This document shows, in pieces, positions 28,180 to 40,890 of a DNA stretch of 64,000 nucleotides (positions within the stretch are counted from its first letter, which is position 1; every line of letters starts with the position of its first letter). The notes below the pieces were generated by a model. It worked only from the letters and a program-made list of their open reading frames with translations. It was not told where the DNA came from and did not search any database. A program made the translations under genes and the position numbers. Source of the DNA: Raillietiella orientalis (taxonomy: Eukaryota). The stretch spans positions 1,612,001 to 1,676,000 of the forward strand of contig JAYWIR010000009.1 in NCBI GenBank assembly GCA_036172245.1, read 5' to 3'.

Positions 28180-28670
28180 TGCGAAGGGAACCTCCTCTTC
28201 CTTGTTCTCTTCGGAGGGAATCCGGAAAGGATCCGCTCCTGGAATTCCTTCTCCGGAGGGAACCCCCGCAAGGGAACCGTTCCTCGTTTTCCTCTTCCGG
28301 AGAGAACCCCCACGGAAGGGACGCTCCCGAATTTTCTCTGGAGAGGTATCAAGCAGTTCCATGGTACGCGATGGAGGGCCTCCCCCAGAGGGGGGAGGGG
28401 ACGGTTCCATTTTCCTAACCAGAAGGGAGCCCCGAGGGGCTCCTTGACTCCCGGAAGGACTCCGGAGGGTCGACTTCCGGTCTCGGCCACTCAACGGGGG
28501 CGTCCGGTTTCCGGATTACATCATTGCCGCACCCCAAGCCTACAAGCGAACCAGAGTCATCTTGCGGAGAGCACTCAAAACCCACGACGCACTCCCCATT
28601 TCCCGGCGTCGATCCCTCAGGGGTATTCGAACCCTCAACGCTTGGCACCAGCGCGTAGATAGGTCGCCAA
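28180..28670 (-). mobile_element. SINE-like family copy with tRNA-like head
   Basis: Minus strand reads gagggttcgaatacc...gacgccgggaaatgggg...gcaagatgactctgg...ggaagtcgaccctccgg, followed by subrepeats. Confidence 0.78.
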
Positions 28671-28929
28671 CGCGGTTTTTCTTTTTTCTTTTCTTTTTTA
28701 AGCAAAATGAGACCGCGCCAACAAGTGGAGCAAGCCTCTGCGACATTTTAGACACCGCGGAGATGACGTCACGTTCGTTAGCGAGAAAAACTGGCAGTCG
28801 GGCGGACTTTTCAAAAATCCCCGAGTCCCCGCATTCTCCGAGCTTCGGAGGCAACGAGAGCCCCACCCACGTATGCTGCAATGTCCGCGTGCCAAAACGT
28901 GCCGAATAGATGGATGAGCATCTACAGGA

Positions 28930-29350
28930 CATCAAGAGCTTGGTAAGAGCGAAAGTGTTTTACAGGGAATATGGGGAGCACTCATAGGCGTTTGCGGTTT
29001 CCCACTGCTGCGGTCGCCGAGTGAGCATTCGCAGCGACACGCGTTGGTTCTTCCGAAAAGGAACATCCCGAAGAGCGCACCTGACTGCCACGGTTGCGCA
29101 GCCTCCCCCGCTAGACGTTCCTCTCGAATTTCCGCAAACTGATCAATCGCGACTCCGCGTCCATCATGTCGATCTGCTTCTGCAGCCCTTTGTTCCCAGG
29201 GGTTCCTTGCTTTTCGAGAACACTCCCGGCCCACAGGACAAACAGCACGCGTCCGAAGCCGATTCGTACAGACACTACGCCTGGTGCGAACTCCTTGGTT
29301 CGGTCCAGAGGATTTCGAAGATCTGACTGAAGATTCCACGCTGCGCGGTT
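28930..29350 (-). mobile_element. Possible LINE AP-endonuclease remnant
   Basis: ADRHDGRGVAI resembles the DR..GGGVAI endonuclease motif. Confidence 0.3.
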
Positions 29351-31379
29351 TCAATCATTCTTAAGATCGAGTCGCACCCGGGCCGAACAGCAGCCTCGTG
29401 TGCAACGAGTCGAGTAGGTTCCTCGTTTAAGAGTCGTTTTCTTCGAACTGGAATAGCTAAATGCGCATGGTGTGCTTGGCTTGGAAACTCCGGCAGCAGT
29501 GCACTGCGTTCGGATCTTTTACAGAATGCAGACGGAGAATCTGTGAAAAAGAGTTCCGAATCGGATGAACCAGCGGAAAGGAAAAGGACAGCTCGTTCTG
29601 TCCGTTCATCTGCTGCGAGATGGTGCTATTTCTCTTGTCAGAACATCAACTTTAAAGTCTTCCCTTCCATCCCTTGTGATCACTGGCAATCGGTGACACC
29701 GTTGACCGGCACCACTTCCCACCGACCCCCAAACCCTTCTCGTACCACTTTCTCTAGTTCCCTCGATCGTCAGACGGCCATCTTTTTCCCCCTTTTTCTC
29801 CCGCGGAAGAAGCTGGAGAAATCAGAAGACGCAAACCTTCTTCATCTAAATGTCCAGAGGTTGATTTTCGGGTCAAGCTTTTCATGCACTTCCTAGGCTT
29901 CCAGGCCATCCGGACTCACGGAAAATGCCTCTAATGGACCGTGACCTTCCACAGTTTTAAGCGAATTGAGCAGAGCAAGTCGGGCAGGACCGCACCAAAC
30001 GTACATGAAAGAAACAGAACGCTGCAAGGAATCACCTGGTACGCAGATATGCTTCTCAACCCTTTATGCAGATTCTGGACCGCACATCTAGAAACCGATG
30101 TACACGCGTGTGCATGTATCTGTAATCACACACAAATAGCCACATATACTGAGCATATTCCATTTAAGGTAAATATCGCATGCCGACTGTGTGTTATTTG
30201 CTCTAACCTTAGGCAAGTACACGTTAGAGGAGGATGCCACGATGTGAGGCGATCATTCGGAAGCTGCGTGCGATGGAACTGTCGATCCTTTCCTGCTGGC
30301 TTTACAGCGAAGAACAGGGAAAGGCAAATCCCGAATACCACGTGAGAAAACGCTTAATCCTTGCGTGCACTTCCTTCTGAGACAATGTAGGAACAAGCAA
30401 GGCAGATAAAAAAAATGAGTCACAAGATGACTCAATGCGTGATATGCTGAAGGAAATGACGCCAATGGATTTTGTGGAATCCCCAAAATCATGCGTTCGG
30501 CTTTCGTCAGTCGAGGAACACTGATCTAAGAGCTCAGAGGTCCCCTTAGCGAGCGACAGCTCCGGGCAATCTTCAAGCCTCGATAAATTTACGCAACTGA
30601 ACTCTTTTACAGCTCCGAACTGTCGCAAGGATGGCGTCGACTTCTCTTCAGTCCCTGATTGATCCCGGATCGAGAAACTCCTTCGTTTGCAAGACGAAGT
30701 ACCGAATTTCTTTGAAATAAATTTTCAGACGTCACATTTCCACTGCGCCTCCGGACTCCCAGAAACACGATCTTCATTCTTCCCGTATGATTCACTCGAA
30801 TCAAAGGGCAGGAAACTCCCCCTCCCGCATGGGTGTCGATTTACCACGGGCAGCAACATCCTCGTCGACAAGGCCCTTCTTAATGGCCAACACCCATCCA
30901 GCTGACTTCCCTTTCTCCTCATCCTGCTCGGCTCGCAATGCTTCGCGAAGGAGTGCGCTAAGAAACGGGGAGCTGCTGTGAACTCCGTCACGGTTTCCAA
31001 GCCCGGAATGACGTTCGCAGCATTTCTGTGGGGGAGATGGGAGGGGAATCCACTGTCCTTCCCTGATTTACAGGTAGACAAAGGGCGCATCGGATGGGCA
31101 AAACCTGATGGCAGCATTTGGAGGTTTGAACTCACGACTGGGCAGGAAGAGTGGAACGGTGGAACAATCCGCCCCCACGAGGACAACTTCGCCTTCCTTG
31201 CCACTCGCGTCCCAGCTCTGGTAAGGCCATTTGCAACAGCGCCCATCCCGCTATTCAGGAAACACATCCCAGCGCCAAACAGCTGTTGGATTTTGCCTTG
31301 CGGCTCCTTCCTGATTTTCGACTCGAACAGACATAGCGTCCCAGTCGAGGTGGACACTCAACCAGCTTCCTCAGTGTCT

Positions 31380-31900
31380 CTGCCGACGGCGGCGGAAATC
31401 ATTCCTCCAGGTATACCCCTGCTATTCCCCGTTGTATTCTTCCCGCGGAAACCACTGCTACGGCGCAGGTAGTTCCGAAAGGCGTTGCCATTCCCCGGGT
31501 TGTCAGGGGAACTTTTCGCTGATTCTGAAACACCCGTGACACCCTTGACTCCTTGAGGACGTTCCCCAAGACGCTGCTCCCTTTCCGACGCAGCTCTCTC
31601 CCTCTCTTCGAGCAGCGTGGCGGCTCGGTCGAGTTTTTTTTCGCCGCCCTGTTGGGACTTCACACATTGGAGCGATACGAGCTGCCCCGCAAACGCCAGC
31701 TCCAGTCTCCGGATGCATAGGCGCTCCTGCCCAAGAGGCTGCTACTGCTTCCGAGGTCAAGGCCACCGGGACTGTTAGCCCCTTCGGCTGCTACCATTTT
31801 GCGCTGCTTCCTCTGCAGATCTCGATCCAACCTCGTTTCTAGGGGGGATTTATAGGTGGGTTCACCTGCATTCGAATGCGGCCCTGATTTATGGGTCCAA
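31380..31900 (-). mobile_element. Possible CR1-like RT C-terminal remnant
   Basis: RLEL, V*SP, RAATL and EREQRL echo CR1 LEY...VWSP...RRATK...SYEERL in the expected order. Confidence 0.35.
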
Positions 31901-33435
31901 CTTTCACTGCGAGCCAACGCAAACAGATTCTCCCGTTTGGGAACTCGGAGATTTCTGTCCTGGTTTCAGAAGAGGGCACGATTCGCTCGGAGAATCCAGG
32001 ACAAGGAGGGGGAACGGCGACGTGGGATTCGTGAGGAAGACAAGCCCCCCGAACGTTTTTAGCAGATGCACTGCCACGTCGCTTTCCGACCCAGTCGAGG
32101 CAAAAGGTTTCGGGCCGCTCCCAGGAGGGATGTCGACGGGAGCAGGGAAAAGTCCCCGTGCTCGCTTGCTCTCCGCTCTTAGTAACAGAGCGCCATACTT
32201 GCCGTCCTTTGGAGCGTCCGGTCGCCCCTTCAAGGCACGCACACCTCTCGATGCCCTTTGCCAGTCGGCGAGGCCCTCCCATGCTTTTCGTCCTATCCTG
32301 CATCCCCCCCCCCCCCCACACGACAACTGGCAGCTCATCTTCGGCTGTCGCTCATCGGAAGACGAAGAGGACTGCTCTTCGGAATGAGCTTCCTCTGCCC
32401 GAGTACGCTGTTAGGCGTCGGGTCCGTGCACTTCCGTTGGGAACAGATGCCCGAAGTTCTGCCTCCCAAATCCGGTCCGGTAGGCAGAGCCGCTATCCCA
32501 CTTTTGTGCTGACCGAGAAGAGATGCCGCACTTGGGAACCGTTCCCATCTCGAGAGGAGCCGCGGCCCTCCATTGCGCGAGCGCCCTGATTGCCAAGCGC
32601 GACCGAGACACTCACGTCCGTCACACGGGAGAGTTTTGGAGCTCCTGGTGTTCGGATCTTTGGCACGCGTCAGTTTCCGGAAGCTTCGAGGAAGGGGAGC
32701 GCTTTGAGGTTTCAGCGGACTGGTGGCAAAGGGTGAAATGGAAATGCTGCGAATGTGGAATTCGAGATCGGAGATAACGGCTTTTTGCCACCCTCACACG
32801 GCAACTGTTTCCGAAGGAGCGACTGCCGTGTGGGACGTGGGTGGGGTTGCGTCAACATCCCACAGGGCATCTCGTGAAGCGTGCGCTTCTTGTGGCGGTT
32901 GTACGTGGACACGGAGCATCTTCTACTGCGCGCGGGGATGAACCCTTCAGCCTTACCCCGCTAGCGTAACCGAGTTGCCATGGTGCGTAATAGGCTGGAA
33001 GACCTTCAGATCCTCCGCTAATAAACGTTCCAAAAGAAAGATGCGAGAAAGCGGTGTTCCATGGGTTCGCCAATCTGGTCCACTGCTCCCCTCCGCGAAA
33101 GCCAACTGGGAGGAGAGACCGTCCGGAGACATCAAAGACAAACAAAGTTACGCCTTGCGGTGACGAATCCGCAAAGGTGCGACAGAGTTTCTTTCTCGGT
33201 GCTCGTTTCAATCCTCTTCCTTTTCTGGAACGGAGTTCTGCATTCTTCGTGAACCCAAGAGTCCTTCTTCTCAGCTTTCAAGCTCCCTTTTCAAGGTCGA
33301 AGACAGGATCGTAAAGGCTAGACGGGGAAGAGTCTGCGATCATTCAGGATGTCCATCTGTTAAAGAAGGCAGACGACGTTTTGCGCAAGAACGCTTAGCC
33401 TCGGGGTCTGGTCACACTCCGAGCAGACTGAGGAA

Positions 33436-33625
33436 CAATTACACAATTAGATTGAAACGCAGCCATCATGTGCTGTGCAGCGCGAGCGTTCGGCACGAGT
33501 CGCACCCGGCTCCGCGTCGTGACGTCACCGCGCGCACCGCCGGCATGGCCGCCAACAATGCGGTCTCCGGAAATGCAGCGTGACCCGGCTGGAAGGCTTC
33601 GGCCCAGCGAGCGGCCTGGCAGGGC
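33436..33625. repeat. ~190 bp diverged direct repeat, copy A
   Basis: acaattagattgaaa...gtgacgtcaccgcgcgcacc...ccggaaatgcagcgtgac.cggctggaa is shared with 35022-35220. Confidence 0.85.
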
Positions 33626-35021
33626 CACGCCTGCTTTCTTTCGCGGCGGAAGAGCAGCTTCCCGGGCAGACGCCTGGCTCTTCCCGCCCGCGCTGCTCAG
33701 GACCATGAGCCACACAAGGGATGTCCGGCGGAGGGGTGTTTGCCGCCTGCACGGACGCACCCGGCTCTTCCCCGGTGTGCGCGCTGGGGCACTCCCGCCG
33801 ACACACGCGGACGCGTTCGAGCCAGCCGGGCAACCGCCTCGACCGAACACCGCCGGCTCGGACCACCCACTCGTCTGATGGCGAGCAAGGAAAAGCGCAG
33901 CCGCCTCTTCCGCTTTCTTTTACGACTAAGAAATGGGAAAGAACGACCCGCCGGTCCGCACCGAAATCGCAAGCCTGCTGGAGCTCCCCACCCCGGTTAT
34001 CTCTCTTTGGGCGTTGATGCCGGGACGCGGCCTTCCTCTCGGCGGCGGCTCCTGCCTGAGCCTCCGATGCAGGATCGAGTAGGGAGGTTGAGAGGAGCTC
34101 CCACGGCTTCCTCCTTCCCAGAACATCGCGCTCTCCTACGCAACCAGGAACGCCGCCAAGAGCTCATTCGGATAAAGGGATGGAACGGATGGCCCGAGGA
34201 ACGGTCTTTAGCCACTCTTCCGTGACCTCCACCCTTTTTGAGGAACGAGGAAGGTTCGATAAATCCAGCGACCTGCAGTGCCTGCTGAGAAATCTGGCGC
34301 TAGCGGAGGCTGAAGCCTCGCCTATCTTCCGGTGTTTTCCGTCCAGCCGGCCTTGAATGGGAACGCCACCCCCATTTTGAGGACGGAGAGACTCAGCTGC
34401 CAGCATCTCGTGGACGGCGTCTGTCTTCCCGCCAGCCCAGCTTTTTCCCGCGACGACATCCTCCCTTGCCGCAAGGTCTTCCCGGATCTCCCCCGTTCTA
34501 CTTTCGCAGCTTCCCCTCTTCCACGAGAAGCTCCCGACCGCACGGGAAACCCCTCCGGGCACTTGCGGCTCGCGCAGACAAGCAGGGGAGGCCGCTGCCT
34601 GTTCGTCGGAAAAGGGCGCTCCTCGCACCTGGGGAGGGCGGGGGGCCGCTCCGCCTCCCGGGACGAGGAAGGCCCGCGGGAGGCGTCCATCGCTCCCCGC
34701 CGCGCGCGCGGAGCACAACCCGAAACCTCCGGGTCTTGGGCGCTCAGACACCGCCGGGTGCATCCTCGAATTTCACGACCTGACTCGGGGAAGGGGGGTG
34801 GGGAGGGGGTGGGTGGGCAAGACTGTCCTGAGATCATGTGGTTCGTCGAAGCCGACGAGCGCGCAGCTTGCCAGCCGCAGACAAGGATGATGCGCAGCGC
34901 CTGCTGCTCTTCCTCCCGACTCCGCCAGTTTTTCTGAATTCATTTCGGGGCGAAATGTGAACACAATGGCTTCTCCTTCCGTATTTATTCGACTTATGCA
35001 TATGAAATTATACATAGTTAT

Positions 35022-35220
35022 ACAATTATAGTTATACAATTAGATTGAAAAAATGCCATCAGGTTCTGTGCAGCGCGAGTATTCAGGACGAGTCGCACGG
35101 AGTCCGGCATCGCGCCGTGACGTCACCGCGCGCACCATCAGCATGGGAGCCAACAGTGCGATCCGGAAATGCAGCGTGACGCGGCTGGAAAGGGTCCTCC
35201 CAGCGAGCAGCTTGGCGGGG
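35022..35220. repeat. ~190 bp diverged direct repeat, copy B
   Basis: Homologous to 33436-33625 and preceded by AT-rich (caatta/gttata)-like units. Confidence 0.85.
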
Positions 35221-35807
35221 ACGCGGCGAAGCTTCTCCAGGACGGCAGATGGACGCTCCGCAGGACGAGCACCGCCAGTGCAGGGCAAGCGCTCCCCCAC
35301 CCCCTCCATTCGTCTTCGGGATCCTCCCTCCGAGGCGGAAACGTTGGTGGCGCGCGTGCTTCTCGCCGGAGGGGGCTGGAAGGGAGGAAGAGGCTCGGAG
35401 GCGAACCGGACATCCGCCCGGACGCTCCAGGAAGGCGGCGACCGCTTCCTTCCCCCCCCCCCCCTTCCCCCGCGGGGTTTGGAAGAGCGCGCGCGCCGGA
35501 AGCCGAACCCCCGGGCGAGCGCTGCCGTGCCCTTCCAAACGTGGATCGGAACCGCGTCCCATCTTCCTCCCCCTCCGCTTCCCGTCCCAGAGGCTGGTGG
35601 TACGCGGGCGACCGGGATGAAGGGAAGGGAAGGGGGCCCATTGGAACGCGTCACGAAACAAAACAAGGAGCGCCGCCTCGACAACCCGGCGCGGGGAGAT
35701 AGCAGAGGCGGAGGCGGCGGTGGGGCACACCCACCCTCCCCCGCCTGCTCGAAGTTCCCGGACGACCCGAGGGAGGGAGTGCGAGGCAGAGAGAGAAGGG
35801 CGCTTAC

Positions 35808-35906
35808 CTTCTGCACGCGCAGAGCTCCGCTCCCGCTCTTGTGGACCGAGAACCCCCAGGAGATGCTGGGGTCGTTCCTCCTCAGCGTCAGGTGGACGAG
35901 CTGCAT
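35808..35906 (-). CDS. Exon 1 of a PDZ-domain protein gene (MQLVHLTLRRNDPSISWGFSVHKSGSGALRVQK)
   Basis: ATG at 35906 in a very GC/CpG-rich region. The peptide matches PDZ betaA, the carboxylate loop (R...SWGF), betaB and betaC, similar to PDZ-LIM/Zasp-type N-termini. It ends at a strong donor AAG|GTAAGC and is 99 nt long (phase 0). Confidence 0.85.
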
Positions 35907-36750
35907 CGCGCGGGCGGCGACGGCGGCGGCTGGCGACGCGGATGAAGGCGGCCTCTCGCCCGGCGACGGCGGCGGTGGTTCGCCGCCGCGGCGACTCCCC
36001 CGACAGTCTGCGCGCGCGGCGCGCGTCCGGGCGCAGCGCCGCTGCAGCCGCGAGATCGCAGCGCCCCCGTGCGCGCGCGTTCCGAGGGAGCGCGTTCCCG
36101 CGTGGAGACGCGTGCCGGATGCGGGGAGGCGCCTGACTCTTCCGGGCTCGCGCGGCCTCGAAGAGACGAACGCTCTGCCCACCCCGCGACCACGAGGGCC
36201 CGCCGGCGGGTAGCCGAGGTCACACGCGGACGGGGGCTGGCGTCCGCCGAGAGCCCGGTAGCGTCTTCTAGCGATCCTCCGTGCCCTGCGGCTTCGCCCC
36301 CCTTCCAGGCATCTCCTCAGGAAGAGGCGCAACCCCGGCAACAGAGCGGCGGGTGAGGAGTCGCCATGGATCTCGGCCGTGGCGGGCCGCCCCGATGCGC
36401 AGTCCCCAGAGGAGGACCACGTCGGGGCGGCGGCCCGTGCAGCCTCCGCGGCGCGCTCCTCCGATGCGGAAAAGCGGCGACGGTGGGCACCCTTCTTGCA
36501 GCTGCCCCGTGCGCCCGGGGCGGGCGAGACCCCTACTGCCCTGGCTCGCCAGCTCGGCTGCTCGCCTCCCCGGATCGCTCCTCTCCTGGAACTTTCCCTG
36601 GCCCCTCTGCTGCTCCGCTACCCGCCGGCCTTCCTGCAGAGGGAACTCCGGGGGACGGGGGCCTGCGACCCAGCTGGGGGGAGAGGAGCAGCCTGCGGGG
36701 CGGATCCGAGCCGCCTGGAAAGAGAACTTTCTGAAGAATTCAACCACGCC
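35907..36750 (-). promoter_or_regulatory. CpG/GC-rich putative 5'UTR and promoter region of the PDZ gene
   Basis: Very high GC and CpG density with (GCC)n-like runs immediately upstream of the ATG. No TSS evidence is available. Confidence 0.4.
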
Positions 36751-38149
36751 CCTTCATCTCTCGACCCGTCCCAGGAGAGTCTCGCTTCTTCCCGCCGCTC
36801 CCAGTGCCTCGAGTGGCCCCCTGACTGAACGCGCACCCACGTGATCGTCGCCATCCTGCTCGCTGGCGAGGCGAGATCTCGCGCAGCTTCCCGACGCGAA
36901 CGCCTGGAGCCGTCTGCGCTCTGCGCGGCAGCCTCAGAAACCTTTTTCGCGCCGGACCGTCTTCCCGTGGCCCGGTCCTCTTCAGGGCCGCGCCTCACAG
37001 GAAAAGGAGGGTAACCAAGGCACCAGGAGAGAGGAACGCGGATGCTGTATGGGCGGGGAGATGAAAAACGTCGCCCCTGTAAACGGATGATGGCGTATCC
37101 GTTTACACGGGGGATCGCATGAAGTGCCGGATGGAATGCTCGCGCCTCCCCGTGGGCCACTTGCGCCGACAGACCCTGTGGCTGCCCTGCTCTCCCTTCA
37201 AGGAGAAGGGATAAAAAAAAGAGAACTGCGAGGCTTCCTAACCTCTCTCCCATCCTCCTCCTCCTCCCGGACGGCGCGTCCCACCACTGCCGCTGCCGCC
37301 GTCTCCCGCCCGCCCGCTCCGCGATTTGTGCGCTTCGCGTGCGCGAGCCCGAGACTCCTCTCGGCGGGGAAAAGCACGGAACAATGGAAAGGATGCAGTA
37401 TTGCCAAGTCATGGCGGCGCTCAGCCCGGCCGGCTCCCGCCCTCGTCCCCTTCTTCCTCCGTCTCCGGCCCGGAGTTTGGACTTTGGTTGCAGAGAGGCC
37501 TCCCCCTCGGGAATGACCGGCACGGCGGGAATTTCCCTCACCGGGAAAGGCACGCCGTTCCGCCCCGGGAACGGTGGGTGAAGTTTACGGTTTCCTGCGT
37601 GCTCCTCACGTTCTTCCCGTTCAATTATGCACGCGTCCTTCGGCAAAATGGCATTCCGTTCCGCCAGGGGAAAAGCTCTGGTCGTCTGCATTCTGGATTT
37701 GCCGAATGGGGAGCATGCGCGTGCCCCTGGCCTTGCGACCGTCCGGTGTCTTCCTGGAAGACGCGGTCGCCATCCTAATCCTCCCAGCAATCGCCATGGC
37801 AGCTTCCTAGAATGATCTTCCCTTGCCCCCACACATCCCGCCTCGCTTCTGGTTATTCCGCTTCCCTCCGTCGATCCTCCCCTTCCGAGCACCCCCCTTG
37901 TTCCCATTTCATTCCCTTTCCCTCTTGTCGCATCGACTGCGTCCACGTGTCTCGGGTTTGGAGCATCTTCCGGAGGTCAGCAAGCTGCTCCAGTTCCTTC
38001 CCGGGTAAGCTCAACCGAGACTGCTCCGACGCGCTCTGCCACTCCACGCTGGAATGGCTCAGCCACGTAAACTGACTTATGCCCCGAGGGGAGAGTTCTA
38101 TTTTTTTTTTTTGGCTCCTACCAGGAGCCGCTCTCGACTAGCACGACCT

Positions 38150-39060
38150 GCCCGTGGATTCGACCAGGGTGATTTGTTTCCCCATCATCCGCCATTAAGC
38201 AATCTGTCGGCTCATCACTGGCGGACGCCGGGTACCTTGGCTTTTAGGGAGATGGTCAGGCTGTGGTCAGGGGTCACTTTGGCCATTCCTGCCGTTCTGC
38301 CTTCGTGGTTTCTGTGTGCGTTCGACTGGCACCAGCTCTTCACTTCTGGGTCTCCAGAGCGTGACCCCTGTTGGGAGGGTTGGCGTCTTTCCTGATTGGG
38401 ACCACCTCGCTTCTGGTACCGCGTGGTGTATTTCAGGCAGTTCGTTCCTTGTCCCTCCCTACTCCTTGCCTTGTCCTTTTCTGCGGTTCCCGGAAAAAGG
38501 CAAGGCCTCCATCGTCTTGCAGGGAGTCTTGTTTTCTTCCACCTGCAGTCGTGTTGCTTTGTTCCTGGCTGGAGCTTCGATGCGGGAAAGCGCAGCTCGT
38601 GTCATGCTGGATGCTGTGGAGTGACAGGCGATTCTTCAAGGAAGCCCTCCCTTCGTCATCGGGCTATCCGACGGCTCTCTTTCATCCAGCTTGGTCTTTA
38701 AGGAATGCACGACAAGGGTGCAACCTGGTCTTTGGAGTTGACCCCAAGGGGTTTCTCATGTGCCACCACCTCTAAGCTTCTGAACCACAGGAACCAAAAC
38801 GTTGTTATCTATGGCCTCTAGATTGATACCAGAACCCGGCGTGGACGCACAGGTCAACGATCCACAGGTCTGATCCTCAGTTGCCTGTTGCCAAGTTGAA
38901 TGCGCATCCGGATGAGCTCGCGAAGAGGAGAGGAAATTTTTTCCTCTGGAATGATCTCGTGCATACGGGAGGAAAGGGAGCTGCCATCGCTTACGAGAAC
39001 AGCCTAGCTACCTTTCTTCAGCCCACTTGCCCCGGCCTTCCACTTTGGGAGAGCGCTCAT
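38150..39060 (-). mobile_element. Possible decayed LINE RT remnant
   Basis: LFS*A(D)GSSL (YADD-like), LF...SG..FN and EVV..EKPLGV occur in RT order. Confidence 0.3.
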
Positions 39061-40184
39061 CTACTCCAGGGATTAAATGGAAGTGAAATCTGGGAGAAAC
39101 TCGAGAATTGGGAGGGAAAGGTCTGGCAGTGACGTACGACTTTTTCCTGATTTTTCCTGATACGCCATCTTGCTGTCCAGATTAGCATGAAAGACTGGCT
39201 GGCATCTTAGATGCTTTGGTAAAGAAGGTCAGAGGTCGGAAAGGGCGGAGAGAGGAAACTGAATCGAGAGAGCTCCGTTTCTTTTTATTCTTCATCGTGC
39301 GATGGAGCGGGCACATAACCTCTCCCTTTCATTTTTATTTCCAGGGTGATTTCGATCCTCCTCGTCCATCATCCTCTTTTCTCTCGATCGGCAGCGCGGA
39401 AAATCACGCCACTGGGTGTTTCGCTTTGAAGTGGAGCGCAGGTCCAAGACCGTCTTGAAGATCGTGTGCGAGCGGCTTCCTCTTAGCATCCTGTGAAGGA
39501 AGCTGCGGAAGTCGATCCCAGTTTTGCTGATCTCAGATCTGACAACTCGAGTTCCTCGACAGTTGCGTGGTTTCCCTTCCCGGAGCACCAGTCAAAGCGC
39601 ATCCGAATTTTCCGAGAGCAAATCGCAGCCTCAAACGAATGGAAATGCATTTTGAGTCGGTGTTCTTTTTACAAACATCCTCTCCTGCGCTTTCGGTCGC
39701 CAAGTGCTGGAGAACCGTTAGCCTCCGTAGGAGTGGCTCACAAAGCCCTTCAATCCTTTGAGTGCTATGGACTCATATATGAGTCTGGCAAACGCGACAT
39801 AAGTTAGCACTGTCCATGTTCGAGATGGACGCACACGCTTACGTTCTTACGGTCCCCTTAGCAACGACAGTAAACAAAATTCTATTTTTACCCGCTAAGT
39901 ATGCTCGTTTTTTCTCGGTGTCGTATAGAATTTATTGTTCTGTTTTCCATCTTTGTGATATCTTAAAGATTGGAGTTATAATTGTAATTTTTTAAAAAGT
40001 AAATAATGTATCTTTTGGGAAAAATGGAAATATTTTATTTCATGTGGTGTAATTAAACAATTACAATTACAATTACAAGCACTTTCTAAAGTCAATAGGC
40101 GCCTCGATGGAACACGCGGTACGCGAAGAAGCAGTCCGTCCGAACTGCGACTCGCGCGCCGTCAACACAGAACACTTGAATCTA

Positions 40185-40890
40185 ATGAACTCCTCACCCA
40201 AAGGGTTAACGCTCTCCACACCACCCGAGGATACGTGTAACTCTTCAAGTTAGGAGGTAATCCCGGAGGGATCACTCTATGAATCCAGGAAGGCTCCGGA
40301 GGAAGGATTTTCTTCCTCTCTTGCCCCTGGGAAGGAACCCCGAGGGAACCTCTTCCTTGCTCTTTTTGCGGGGACCTCCCTGTTTGTGGAGGCCTCTCCA
40401 TTGTTTCTTCTTTGGAGGGAACCCTCGAGGGAACCGCTCGCTGTTTCCGCCTCCTCTGAAGGGAACCCCTCTGAAGGAAATTTCTCCGAAGGGCCGCTCC
40501 CCGAAGGGAGCAGTGCTCTTCTTGACACACTGGGGCAGGGTATCAACCAGCTCCATGGAACCCGATGGAGGGTCCCCACCGAGAGGAAGAAAGGCTCCAT
40601 TTTCCCAACCGGAGGGGAGACCCGAAGGGACCCAACTTCTTGATTTCTGGAACGAAGCCGGAGGCAGTCAACTCCCAATCCCGGCCAGTCAATGCGGGCA
40701 TCCGATTTCCGGGCTTCCACCGCTGCGGCGTCCAAGCCTGTAGGCCATCCAGAGTCATCCTTCGGGGCGGATTCGGAACTCCACGACGCAATCCCCATTT
40801 CCCGGCGTCCATCCTCCGCGTGGGAATTCGAACCCACAACGCTTGGTGTCACGTGGCGCGGAGCCCTCCGTAGCCAAATGGCCGCCAACG
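40185..40890 (-). mobile_element. SINE-like family copy, near full length
   Basis: Minus strand reads gtgggttcgaattccc...gacgccgggaaatgggg...ccatggagctggttgat...subrepeats...ccttcctggattcatag...taacttgaagag. Confidence 0.8.

Larger units (their letters stand above)
9016..35807 (-). other. ~26.8 kb intron 1 of the PDZ gene, filled with retroelement remnants
   Basis: GT..AG boundaries join the two PDZ halves in frame. No other convincing in-phase exon was seen between them. Confidence 0.72.

Noticed and set aside
32957..33017. Candidate cassette exon with AG and GTAAG ends inside intron 1
   Set aside because: It is 61 nt and gives an immediate stop when spliced in phase 0 after exon 1. It would also split the PDZ domain.
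35040..37946. Long ORFs of 386-442 aa around the PDZ start
   Set aside because: They are R/G/P/A-rich and open in several overlapping frames because of GC content. Only the 33-codon PDZ exon is recognisable.
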